From positions 37,171 to 101,170 of the forward strand of contig CAZXQU010000001.1 in assembly GCA_964642545.1 (NCBI GenBank): a stretch of 64,000 nt of DNA. The letters run 5' to 3'. The translations under genes were made by a program, and so were the position numbers. This DNA is from an uncultured Prolixibacteraceae bacterium. GTDB taxonomy: Bacteria; Bacteroidota; Bacteroidia; Bacteroidales; FEN-979. Position 1 is the stretch's first letter. The number at the start of each line of letters is the position of its first letter. The notes beneath the pieces are model-generated. The model did not search any database. It saw nothing but the letters and a program-made list of their open reading frames with translations, and was not told the origin of the DNA. Shown here in pieces: positions 9,405 to 17,361 of this stretch.

Positions 9405-10193
9405 TTGAGCATGGAAACGATGAAAATTCTTGCCTACCAGATCAGTGAACAAATTGACCTGAAGAAGTTTGTTCAAACCTTTTCGGGCAAAGCTCCCCAG
9501 ATTGATTCGAACGAGTATTTCTCCCGAAATGAAAGAGATCAATACCTCTACCTTTTCAACTATGGCGTTGCCTGCTTTTTAGGGTATCAGGAGAGAGAGA
9601 GAGAAGAGTTGGTGAAACTGATCGAGCAATTCAGCACCAAAGACGTAGAGGGGGAAATCCAGGAGGAATACCACCTTCAAATCAAACCCGATGCCTTTGA
9701 AATTGGGTTCAACCATATTACAATCGGTGAACAGGATCCAGCTTCCATTAAACTCATCATGCTAAATATATCTCAATCCGTGGCCCTGAAATACTATTCG
9801 AACCAAACGGGTAAACTGCTGGAAGACATTCAGAACTATACGCATAAGCTGGAAAAATATGGAAGTTTCAAGATCAGCTGGTCTAAGCTGAAACGGTTTA
9901 TCGGGAGGGCCCTGAATATCAAAAACAGAATAGCTGACAACCTTTACATCTTCGACATGCCCCAGATAGCCTGGGACAATGAATACCTTCATCAAATTGA
10001 CCAGGGGATGAAAAAGGAGTTTCAGCTTCAGGGAAGGACAAGAAACATTCAGGATGACATCAAGATCATCACAGATAATCTCGAACTATTTACCAGCTTA
10101 ACCTTGCATAGAAAGGATGCTTTCCTGGAGTGGATCATCATCCTGTTAATCCTTATCGAGGTACTCAACCTTTTATTTGAAAAGCTGCTATAA
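9405..10193 (+). CDS. RMD1/DUF155 family protein
   Basis: The core YLYLFNYGVACFLGY and a C-terminal TM helix (WIIILLILIEVLNLLF) are typical of DUF155/Rmd1-like proteins. The start could instead be the ATG at 9411 or 9420. Confidence 0.7.
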   Translation: MSMETMKILAYQISEQIDLKKFVQTFSGKAPQIDSNEYFSRNERDQYLYLFNYGVACFLGYQEREREELVKLIEQFSTKDVEGEIQEEYHLQIKPDAFEIGFNHITIGEQDPASIKLIMLNISQSVALKYYSNQTGKLLEDIQNYTHKLEKYGSFKISWSKLKRFIGRALNIKNRIADNLYIFDMPQIAWDNEYLHQIDQGMKKEFQLQGRTRNIQDDIKIITDNLELFTSLTLHRKDAFLEWIIILLILIEVLNLLFEKLL

Positions 10194-10246
10194 GAAAATC
10201 CCTGGCAATGCCTTCATGGCATCTATGCGAAATTGGTTTTGCCGAG

Positions 10247-11023
10247 TTATGCCACGCTCCGGTTAATAGCAATTGTAACGATTTCAACAAACTCATCCGC
10301 TTTCAGTGAGGCTCCACCAATCAGGCCTCCATCCACGTCGGGTTGTGAAAACAGTTCAGATGCATTGGATGCGTTACAACTCCCTCCATAGAGGATGATA
10401 GCATCCTCGGCGACCCTCTCCCCATATTTTGAAAAGATAAGCTGTCGAATGTACGCATGCATCTCCTGGGCCTGGGCCGGAGACGCAGTAACACCAGTTC
10501 CGATAGCCCAAACCGGTTCGTAGGCTATGACAACCATGCGAAACTCCTTCTCTTCAAGATGGAAAAGAGACTCCTCAATCTGGGTTTTCGTAACATTAAA
10601 ATGGTTTCCTGCTTCCCGTTCCGGAAGTACTTCTCCACAGCAAAAGATCGGGGCTATGCCGAATCTAAGCGCTGAATCAACTTTCCTGGCAAGAAGGTCG
10701 TTTAATTCATTAAACTGTTTTCTCCGCTCCGAATGGCCAATAATGCAATATTCTACCTCCATGGATTTCAACATAGGAGCTGAAATTTCACCGGTAAATG
10801 CCCCGTAATCATGGTCATTGATATTCTGGGCTCCAACAGCTACATGGGTTTCATCTGTCAGGTCAAGTACCATCTCCAGATAGAGAGAGGGTGGGCAAAG
10901 TATCACTTCCACATTCGCAGTGTTCAACTTCTCAACCGCTTCTGTGATTTGAGCTGTCAGATCCTCAGCTTCCTGGAATGTTTTATTCATCTTCCAGTTG
11001 CCGGCAACAAGAAATTCTCTCAT
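10247..11023 (-). CDS. tpiA: triosephosphate isomerase
   Basis: Motifs AGNWKMN, IIGHSERR, AYEPVWAIGTG and GGASL are present. The start is trimmed to MREFLVAGNWKMN (ATG 11023); the ORF-track start at 11074 would overlap the upstream permease. Confidence 0.92.
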   Translation of the reverse strand: MREFLVAGNWKMNKTFQEAEDLTAQITEAVEKLNTANVEVILCPPSLYLEMVLDLTDETHVAVGAQNINDHDYGAFTGEISAPMLKSMEVEYCIIGHSERRKQFNELNDLLARKVDSALRFGIAPIFCCGEVLPEREAGNHFNVTKTQIEESLFHLEEKEFRMVVIAYEPVWAIGTGVTASPAQAQEMHAYIRQLIFSKYGERVAEDAIILYGGSCNASNASELFSQPDVDGGLIGGASLKADEFVEIVTIAINRSVA

Positions 11024-11049
11024 AGTTGGTATTGGTATTGTGGTTTGTG

Positions 11050-11057
11050 CAAAGATA
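11050..11057 (-). promoter_or_regulatory. -7 box for tpiA
   Basis: The minus strand reads TATCTTTG, 26 nt upstream of the ATG at 11023. This supports the trimmed tpiA start. Confidence 0.5.
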
Positions 11058-11070
11058 AGGAAATTGCGCA

Positions 11071-12150
11071 TCACTGCACCCTGACTCTCGGATCCAGGAG
11101 CCCATAAACGATATCTACCAGGATGTTGATGACGATCAGTACGACTGAGATGAAGAGCACGGCTCCCATGATTACGGGAAAGTCGTATTTATCGAGAGCA
11201 TTCACGATTACAACGCCAATCCCTTTCCAATCGAACACGTATTCTACGAAAACGGCGCCGGCTAGCAGTGAGGCAAGCCAGCCGGAAATAGCTGTAATAA
11301 CAGGGTTCAATGCGTTTTTCAAGGCATGTTTGAAAACAATGTTAAAGTTACTTAATCCTTTGGCACGGGCGGTGCGGATATAATCCTGCGACAATACCTC
11401 GAGCATGGAGTTCCGGGTTAGTTCAACAACTATTGCCAATGGCCTGATACCCAGTGTAACCGCTGGGAGAATCAGATTTTTTAGGTCGAGAAACTCACCC
11501 CGGCCAAGGTCATCAACTGAATAGAGGCTTCCGACCATGTTCAGGTGGGTGATGTCGACGAGGACAAAAGCAAAAATCCAGGCATTCAGGATTGCTGCAA
11601 AGAAAGAGGGGACAGACATCCCAAGAACCGAAAACACCAAGGCAATCCGGTCGGTGAAACTGTTCTTCTTCAGGGCGCAGAGGATGCCGATGGCAATCCC
11701 AAACAACACGGCAAATGTCATTGAAACGACAGCCAGAAGCAGGGTGTTGACAAGCGCTTCAGAAAGTATATCCGTAACATTTCGTTTCGATTGATACGAC
11801 TTCCTCAGGTATGGTTTTTTCAACACTACCACATGTTTCCCCAGGGGTAGTAGAACCTTGGCCGAACTGTATTTTTGCCTGTCGAGGAACCAATAATTGG
11901 ATGAATCGATACGGTTATGGATCGAAACCGGAGATAAGTCATTCAGGAAACCGAGGAACTGGACAGGTAATGATCGGTCAAGTCCCAAATCTTTGTTTAT
12001 AGCTTCAACAGATGCCAGGTCGGCCCGTTGTCCAAGCATCATCCTGGCTGGATCTCCGGGAAGTACGTTGAAGAGGAAAAAGATCACCAGGATCACCCCG
12101 AGGAGAACAAGGAGGCCGTAAAGGAGACGTTTGACGATAAACCTTAACAT
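11071..12150 (-). CDS. ABC transporter permease (DppB/OppB-like)
   Basis: The N-terminus MLRFIVKRLLYGLLVLLGV...FNVLPGDPA and six predicted TM segments are typical of peptide/nickel-type BPD permeases. No partner permease, ATPase or SBP gene is adjacent. Confidence 0.8.
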   Translation of the reverse strand: MLRFIVKRLLYGLLVLLGVILVIFFLFNVLPGDPARMMLGQRADLASVEAINKDLGLDRSLPVQFLGFLNDLSPVSIHNRIDSSNYWFLDRQKYSSAKVLLPLGKHVVVLKKPYLRKSYQSKRNVTDILSEALVNTLLLAVVSMTFAVLFGIAIGILCALKKNSFTDRIALVFSVLGMSVPSFFAAILNAWIFAFVLVDITHLNMVGSLYSVDDLGRGEFLDLKNLILPAVTLGIRPLAIVVELTRNSMLEVLSQDYIRTARAKGLSNFNIVFKHALKNALNPVITAISGWLASLLAGAVFVEYVFDWKGIGVVIVNALDKYDFPVIMGAVLFISVVLIVINILVDIVYGLLDPRVRVQ

Positions 12151-12153
12151 ATA

Positions 12154-12195
12154 GGTTAATAGATACTGGATAATGGATACTAGATACCAGCATCT
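12154..12195. repeat. degenerate heptamer array (RGATACT-like) x6 filling the permease/DoxX spacer
   Basis: The units are ggttaat agatact ggataat ggatact agatacc agcatct. The DoxX-gene stop (cta at 12194-12196) straddles the last unit. Confidence 0.8.
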
Positions 12196-13300
12196 AGTTA
12201 TTAATATATTTCTTACTGACCTGCTCCCAATCCGGGAAGTCGTTATAGTGCCATTTCTTGATCACCACTCCGTCCCACAGGAGAATCAATCCTGGATTTG
12301 AGCGGATCATGCTCTTCAGGATTACATCATCTGAGTTGTAGAACTCAAACTCAACGCCTGTTTCTTTCTGAAATGCAACAATTTCTTCCGGGAGGGTACT
12401 GGCAAGTCCGATGAACGAATAACCGGCATTGAAGGCAGACTCGTAAAGTGATTGAAGCTGACCCATTGCTTTTCGGTTAGCTTTATCCAGATTGTACACC
12501 ACGACAATGAAATGATACCCAGGAATATCCAGGATTTCATGCGTAAAATCATTCCCCAGAGTGTCTTCGATCATCAAGATCATCGCTCCCTCATTCGGGT
12601 CTTCAACACGCTGGCTAACGAATATCCATTCATCCAACCAGGTGGAGTCGTTCCATGGGTAGTTTGGCGTCAGGTACTCTTTATTCTCACCGGTATAGCG
12701 GTTTTTATATGTGACATAAAACTGGACGGCATCGTCATTGGATTTCAAAATATGACTTCCCTCTTTCCAATCCCTAAAGTCGATGACAGGCAAGTGCCAC
12801 AAGCAATAAAGGCTTAGTCCTGTAAATAGTACAGTAACGGAAATCAACGTCAGGATATCGCCCACTGGCTTCATCGTACTTCGGTATTTATTTCGCCAGA
12901 TGAATATTGGCACAACGATCGCCATCAGGACGACATTTTTAAGGAAGGTCTCTGTGTTGGTCATTTTAATGGCATCCCCAAAACAGCCGCAATCGGGAAC
13001 CAGATTATAGAATGCATCGAAAAAAGTCAGAATGGTAAAATAGGTCATCATGGGAAGCAATACCCAGGCAGTTTTTCGAATCCAAAGATTGAATAACAGG
13101 CTGACACCCAGGATAAATTCTACTACACAAAGAAAAATGGTAAGTGGCAACGCTAAATCGGTTGCCCAGCCCATATTAAAAGCCAGGAAATAATCATCCA
13201 TCCGGTAAACTGTTCCCAGAGGATCAATTCCTTTTACAAAGCCAGAAAAAATAAAGACAATGCCTACAATGATCCGAAACAGGGTCCTAACGAACTTCAT
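12194..13300 (-). CDS. DoxX/MauE-like membrane protein with a soluble C-terminal domain
   Basis: The N-terminal ~160 aa contain four TM helices (RIIVGIVFIFSGFVKGIDPLG..., a CGCFGD motif). The C-terminal ~200 aa are soluble. The family name is from memory. Confidence 0.6.
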   Translation of the reverse strand: MKFVRTLFRIIVGIVFIFSGFVKGIDPLGTVYRMDDYFLAFNMGWATDLALPLTIFLCVVEFILGVSLLFNLWIRKTAWVLLPMMTYFTILTFFDAFYNLVPDCGCFGDAIKMTNTETFLKNVVLMAIVVPIFIWRNKYRSTMKPVGDILTLISVTVLFTGLSLYCLWHLPVIDFRDWKEGSHILKSNDDAVQFYVTYKNRYTGENKEYLTPNYPWNDSTWLDEWIFVSQRVEDPNEGAMILMIEDTLGNDFTHEILDIPGYHFIVVVYNLDKANRKAMGQLQSLYESAFNAGYSFIGLASTLPEEIVAFQKETGVEFEFYNSDDVILKSMIRSNPGLILLWDGVVIKKWHYNDFPDWEQVSKKYINN

Positions 13301-13844
13301 AGTCGAGTTTGATTAGTGCAAAAACAGCATAGTTGATGATATCAAAATAATTGGCATCAATTCCCTCTGATATGAACGTCTTTCCCTGGTTATCCTCGAT
13401 TTGCTTTACCCTCATCAGCTTCATCAGGATGATGTCGGTAAGAGAGCCCAGCCGCATATTTCTCCAAGCCTCGCCATAATCGTGGTTTTTATTCAACATC
13501 AGGTCCTTGGCAGCTTGGATGAAGTTGTCATACAGTTTTTCGCCATCATCAAACTTCAGGTTTTCCTGGGTCTCCACGGCTCCCAGTTCCAGCTGAATCA
13601 GCGCAATTACCGAGTAATTTACAATGCCGATAAACTCTGACCGGATGCCTTCTTCGATCTTCTGGGACCCTTTTGTATCAATACTCCGGATCCGTTGTGC
13701 CTTGATGTATACCTGATCGGTAATGGATGGGATACGCAGGATGCGCCATGCGGTACCGTAATCCTTCAACTTCATAAGGAAGATCTCGCGGCAGGCTTGA
13801 ATTACAGAGTCAAACTGGTCTGAAGTTTTTTGAATGTCATCCAT
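13287..13844 (-). CDS. DUF1599 domain protein (tandem DUF1599 halves)
   Basis: An internal duplication shows KDYGTAWRILR...ITDQVYIKAQRI...IVNYSVIAL and then NHDYGEAWRNMR...LTDIILMKLMRV...IINYAVFAL. The start is trimmed to MDDIQ (ATG 13844). The gene is divergent from folP, an arrangement I recall as common in Bacteroidota. Confidence 0.75.
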   Translation of the reverse strand: MDDIQKTSDQFDSVIQACREIFLMKLKDYGTAWRILRIPSITDQVYIKAQRIRSIDTKGSQKIEEGIRSEFIGIVNYSVIALIQLELGAVETQENLKFDDGEKLYDNFIQAAKDLMLNKNHDYGEAWRNMRLGSLTDIILMKLMRVKQIEDNQGKTFISEGIDANYFDIINYAVFALIKLDYEVR

Positions 13845-13894
13845 TGGAAAAGCTTTCTTGAAGCGGTTAAAATTAATGAATTTTGGCTTATCGT

Positions 13895-13915
13895 GTATCC
13901 CATATCCCGTATCTT
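13895..13915. repeat. heptamer array (GTATCCC) x3
   Basis: The units are gtatccc atatccc gtatctt. The third unit runs into the folP -7 box TATCTTTG. Confidence 0.7.
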
Positions 13916-13917
13916 TG
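13910..13917 (+). promoter_or_regulatory. -7 box for folP
   Basis: TATCTTTG is present. A heptamer array fills the interval to the ATG at 13966. Confidence 0.5.
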
Positions 13918-13922
13918 GAGCT

Positions 13923-13964
13923 AAATCCAAATCGAAAATCGAAAATCGCAAAACTAAAATCTTC
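13923..13964. repeat. heptamer array (AAATCGA-like) x6 forming the folP leader
   Basis: The units are aaatcca aatcgaa aatcgaa aatcgca aaactaa aatcttc. The array ends 1 nt before the folP ATG at 13966. Confidence 0.9.
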
Positions 13965-13965
13965 T

Positions 13966-14796
13966 ATGGTTCTCGCCTTTAACGGAAAACGGCTTGATAT
14001 CTCCTCCCCTGTGGTCATGGGGATATTAAATATTACACCCGATTCATTTTTTAATCAGGGGAATTGGGGGTCCGTTGACAAGCAACTCAGGCAAGTAGAA
14101 CAAATGCTTACAGATGGCGCTTCGATTATCGATATTGGGGCAATATCCACCCGCCCGGGAGCCTCACCGGTTACTAAAACGGAGGAGCTTAACCGGCTAG
14201 TACCATCACTGAAAGCCATCAGGCACCGGTTCCCTGAATGTTTCCTTTCGGTCGACACCTTTTTTCCAATGGTGGCACAGGAAGCAGTATCCCTCGGAGC
14301 CGATATGATCAATGATATCTACGGGGGAAGGTATGACGGCAAGATGTTCGAAATAATTGGGAAGTCAAATGTACCCTATATTTTGATGCATATGAAAGGG
14401 AAGCCCGACACCATGCAGATCAATCCGGAATACCAGGATATTGTTGCTGAGGTTGCCTATTTTTTCGACCACCAAGCACAGAAACTCAGGGAACTAGGTG
14501 CCAGCCAGATTGTCATTGACCCTGGCTTTGGCTTCGGAAAAACGATTGACCATAATTTTGAGTTGCTGGAGAGGCTTCAGGAGTTTGAGAGCCTTGGATT
14601 TCCTTTAGCAGTGGGAATTTCCAGAAAGTCGATGATCCGGAAAACACTCGGCATCCCAGCTGATGAAGCCCTCAACGGATCTACCGTACTGAATACTGTT
14701 GCACTGCTTAAAGGAGCCAACATCCTGAGGGTTCATGACGTAAAGGAGGCTATGGAAGCTGTGAAGTTGACTGAAGCAGTTGGGGGATTGAGGTAG
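13966..14796 (+). CDS. folP: dihydropteroate synthase
   Basis: Pterin-binding motifs GILNITPDSF, DIGAISTRPG, SVDT, INDI and DPGFGFGK are present. The start is trimmed to ATG 13966 (MVLAFNGKRLD...). Confidence 0.9.
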   Translation: MVLAFNGKRLDISSPVVMGILNITPDSFFNQGNWGSVDKQLRQVEQMLTDGASIIDIGAISTRPGASPVTKTEELNRLVPSLKAIRHRFPECFLSVDTFFPMVAQEAVSLGADMINDIYGGRYDGKMFEIIGKSNVPYILMHMKGKPDTMQINPEYQDIVAEVAYFFDHQAQKLRELGASQIVIDPGFGFGKTIDHNFELLERLQEFESLGFPLAVGISRKSMIRKTLGIPADEALNGSTVLNTVALLKGANILRVHDVKEAMEAVKLTEAVGGLR

Positions 14797-14815
14797 GAAT
14801 GTTATATTTACAGTT

Positions 14816-15607
14816 ATGATAATACTTGAAAGTCTATTTTCCATGCGGATTGTGGATGTCATCGACATCCTGCTCTTCGCTGTGCTGCTTTATGAGATTT
14901 ACAACATCGTAAAAGGAACTGCTGCAATAAAGATCTTCATTGGGATCATTGCCCTCTTCATTGTCTGGAAAATTGTAAGGGCGCTGCAGATGCCATTGCT
15001 CAGTGAAATCCTGGGTCAGTTCATCAGTGTTGGTGTGATTGCTCTTGTCGTCGTGTTCCAACCCGAAATCCGTCAATTCCTGTTGATGGTTGGGAACACC
15101 AGGATTATCAGAGGGCATCGTCGGAGAATTCTATTCTGGAAATACAATCTCAACACGGGTGTGAACCTCAATCTGGACAAAGTTGTGAAAGCCTGCAAAC
15201 GGATGGCCGACATGCACACAGGAGCATTGATCGTGATTGCCCGTGAAAATGAACTTACCCCTTATGTTGAGTCAGGACAAGCAGTCGATGCGAAAATCTC
15301 TGATCTTCTAATTGAAACAATCTTTTTTAAAAACAGCCCACTTCACGACGGTGCGCTGATCATCGTACACGAATCGATCAAAGCGGCACGCTGTATCCTT
15401 CCTGTCTCCAACAAACCTGATATTCCAGCAACCTGCGGTTTACGTCACAGAGCTGCAGTAGGGCTTACCGAGAAAACGGATGCCATTGCAATTATCGTCT
15501 CCGAGGAGAGAGGTGAAATATCCTATAGCCTTGAAGGGACTCTCTTTATGAACATCAAACCTGTTCATCTGAAAGAGATCCTGGAGGAGCTGTTGAAGGA
15601 GAAGTAA
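14816..15607 (+). CDS. cdaA: diadenylate cyclase CdaA (c-di-AMP synthase)
   Basis: Three N-terminal TM helices precede a DAC domain with the motifs TGALIVI, PLHDGALII, GLRHRAAVG and SEERGEIS. Confidence 0.88.
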   Translation: MIILESLFSMRIVDVIDILLFAVLLYEIYNIVKGTAAIKIFIGIIALFIVWKIVRALQMPLLSEILGQFISVGVIALVVVFQPEIRQFLLMVGNTRIIRGHRRRILFWKYNLNTGVNLNLDKVVKACKRMADMHTGALIVIARENELTPYVESGQAVDAKISDLLIETIFFKNSPLHDGALIIVHESIKAARCILPVSNKPDIPATCGLRHRAAVGLTEKTDAIAIIVSEERGEISYSLEGTLFMNIKPVHLKEILEELLKEK

Positions 15608-15624
15608 AAGGTAAGATGTTTATC

Positions 15625-15652
15625 CAGGCATCAGGCATGTGACATCCGGCAT
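15625..15652. repeat. heptamer array (CAGGCAT-like) x4 between convergent cdaA and the TPR lipoprotein gene
   Basis: The units are caggcat caggcat gtgacat ccggcat. The array abuts the lipoprotein stop codon (cta at 15653-15655). Confidence 0.85.
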
Positions 15653-16174
15653 CTATTTTATCTCGCTTTGTTGAGCTTCAAACTCCTGGATCATCTGTTC
15701 AGGAGTTTTTCCCAGATTTCTTATTGATGCCTGGGCATCATCCACAAAGTCGTGATCGGGATAGGTATCGATAAAGAGCTGGTATGTCTCTCTGGCTTTG
15801 TCAATATCACCCATTACATTTTCCTGTACATATCCGGTAAAGAAAAGGCACAGAGGAGCTTTTTCAAAATCGGGATAGGATTCCCGGATTTGTTCAAAAA
15901 GAGCAATGGATCCCGGCCCATTTTGCAGGTTCATTGTCATGGAGGCTGCTTTGAAGAGATATACCGGTGAGAGTGAATCATCGGGATAGGTCCCAGCAAA
16001 ATCCCTGTACATCTGAATAAGGGAATCAGCTCCCACACGGGAGAAGCCACTTTCGGTGGTAAACATCCGATCCTCCATCGAGGAAATCTGATCTTCTGTC
16101 TGCGTTTTGGAGGGACCACAAGCGGAAATTAATCCGGTAAGAGCAAAAAGAATTATATACGATACCTTTTTCAT
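15653..16174 (-). CDS. TPR-like lipoprotein (YbgF-like fold)
   Basis: It has a lipoprotein signal (LTGLISAC) and TPR-like helical repeats (YPDDSLSPVYLFKAA..., YPDFEKAPLCLFFTGY..., YPDHDFVDDAQ). Confidence 0.6.
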   Translation of the reverse strand: MKKVSYIILFALTGLISACGPSKTQTEDQISSMEDRMFTTESGFSRVGADSLIQMYRDFAGTYPDDSLSPVYLFKAASMTMNLQNGPGSIALFEQIRESYPDFEKAPLCLFFTGYVQENVMGDIDKARETYQLFIDTYPDHDFVDDAQASIRNLGKTPEQMIQEFEAQQSEIK

Positions 16175-16200
16175 AGAGCTGTTATATTATATTGTCATCA

Positions 16201-16264
16201 TTTCCTAATTTTCTAATTTCCTATTTTCCTAATTTCCTAATTTCCTAATTTCCTAATTTCGTAT
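16201..16264. repeat. octamer array (TTTCCTAA) x8 between def and the TPR lipoprotein gene
   Basis: The units are tttcctaa ttttctaa tttcctat, then tttcctaa x4, then tttcgtat, in unbroken 8-nt phase. The last unit runs into the def stop codon (16264-16266). Confidence 0.95.
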
Positions 16265-16839
16265 TACCTCTTCCCCTTCTTCATTCCGGGGAAAATCATC
16301 TTATAGTGGACCTCTACATTCCCTTCTGCAATCTCTTTCAGCCGGCGCTTAAGTAGAATTTTCTTTAACGGGCTGATCCGCTCGGCCATCGTGATGCCAT
16401 CGATATGGTCATATTCGTGTTGGATAATCCGTGCCAGAATACCTTCATAACGCTCGTCATGTTCCTGAAAGTGTTCATCTAAGTAGCGAACGTGAATCAC
16501 CGATTTTCTCGAAATATCTTCATGAAGCCCCGGAAAACTCAGACATCCCTCGTTGTGGAGTCCCTCTTCACCCTCCTCGTTGTAAATCTCAGCATTGATG
16601 AAAACCTTTTTAAATCCATCCGCCTCAGGGTGTTGATGCTGAGAGAGGGCAGTTGCATCGATGACAAAAAGCCGAACCGAACGATTCACCTGCGGTGCAG
16701 CCAATCCAATGCCATCAGCATAGTACATCGTTTCCCACATATCGACCAGGAAATTATCAAACTCCGGGTAATTGGGATTGATCTCTTCAGCAAGTTTTTT
16801 CAGTACAGGATGTGGATATGCAACAATAGGAAGTAACAT
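16264..16839 (-). CDS. def: peptide deformylase
   Basis: The three deformylase motifs GIGLAAPQ, EGCLSFPG and HEYDH are present. Confidence 0.93.
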   Translation of the reverse strand: MLLPIVAYPHPVLKKLAEEINPNYPEFDNFLVDMWETMYYADGIGLAAPQVNRSVRLFVIDATALSQHQHPEADGFKKVFINAEIYNEEGEEGLHNEGCLSFPGLHEDISRKSVIHVRYLDEHFQEHDERYEGILARIIQHEYDHIDGITMAERISPLKKILLKRRLKEIAEGNVEVHYKMIFPGMKKGKR

Positions 16840-16867
16840 GGTTTCGTATTTCGTATTTCGTATTTCG
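16840..16867. repeat. heptamer array (TATTTCG) x4 filling the ruvX-def spacer
   Basis: The units are ggtttcg tatttcg tatttcg tatttcg. The whole 30-nt spacer between the def ATG (16839) and the ruvX stop (16870) is repeat. Confidence 0.95.
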
Positions 16868-16869
16868 TG

Positions 16870-17292
16870 TTAGCTTTTAATGGCCTGTGATTCAAGATAT
16901 GATTGAAGAATTATTGTGGCACTAACGGCATCAACCAGGGCTTTATTTTGCCGGTCTCTTTTTTTCGCTCCTGCCTCCAGAATGGCCCGTGAAGCCATCA
17001 GGGAAGTAAATCGTTCATCATGCCGTTCGATTGGAATATCAGGAAAACTCTTTCTAAGATTTTTAATGAATGGCGTGATAAACCGTTCCGCTTCGGAGGT
17101 ACGGTTTGCCATGTCCTTTGGTTCACCTATCACGAAACATTCTACGGTATTATCCTTTAGGTATCGCTTCAGATAGGTGATCACATCTGCAGCATGCACG
17201 GTCCCCAATGCAGTTGCAATGATCTTCAGTTCATCGGTAACTGCAAGTCCTACCCGTTTCCGACCATAATCGATTGCAAGAATTCTTCCCAT
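16870..17292 (-). CDS. ruvX: Holliday junction resolvase-like protein RuvX/YqgF
   Basis: 140 aa. The N-terminus ILAIDYGRKRVGLAVTD is typical of YqgF. Confidence 0.85.
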   Translation of the reverse strand: MGRILAIDYGRKRVGLAVTDELKIIATALGTVHAADVITYLKRYLKDNTVECFVIGEPKDMANRTSEAERFITPFIKNLRKSFPDIPIERHDERFTSLMASRAILEAGAKKRDRQNKALVDAVSATIILQSYLESQAIKS

Positions 17293-17306
17293 ATGCTTGT
17301 CGAATG

Positions 17307-17314
17307 CAAAGGTA
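17307..17314 (-). promoter_or_regulatory. -7 box for the ruvX-def-lipoprotein operon
   Basis: The minus strand reads TACCTTTG, 14 nt upstream of the ATG at 17292. Confidence 0.45.
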
Positions 17315-17334
17315 AGAAACTAATTTTTTTTAGC

Positions 17335-17342
17335 TACTTTTG
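17335..17342 (+). promoter_or_regulatory. -7 box for dapD
   Basis: TACTTTTG lies 19 nt upstream of the ATG at 17362. Confidence 0.5.
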
Positions 17343-17361
17343 ACTGATTAAAACCGATGAA

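Noticed and set aside
9591-9604. A (GA)7 dinucleotide run inside the DUF155 gene.
   Set aside because: It is short and encodes an ordinary ..EREREE.. acidic stretch. It does not belong to the 7-8 nt array family and is not considered significant.
10205-10235. A possible terminator hairpin between the DUF155 gene and tpiA (ATGCC-ttcat-GGCAT).
   Set aside because: The stem is only 5 bp and there is no U-tract, which is too weak to annotate.
11024-11049. A hexamer-like repeat (ttggta ttggta ttgtgg tttgtg) in the tpiA leader.
   Set aside because: It has only about 2.5 good copies with a 6-nt period. It may be related to the array phenomenon but is too short and degenerate to list as a feature.
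10247-11074. ORF-track N-terminal extensions. Affected genes are tpiA 11074, DUF1599 14018, folP 13834, purB 23112, T9SS cargo 28417, GT4 32146, LysM 36922, HAD 40708, LRR 45292, hypothetical 46145 and CapD 48748.
   Set aside because: The extensions overlap neighbouring genes or arrays, lack homology-like sequence and precede obvious conserved N-termini or signal peptides. In several cases a -7 box lies inside the extension. The starts were trimmed accordingly.
16201-16264. Tandem arrays as possible CRISPR arrays (this locus and the other arrays).
   Set aside because: The units are only 7-8 nt and directly abut with no unique spacers. There are no cas genes or leader in the window, so this is microsatellite-type tandem repetition.
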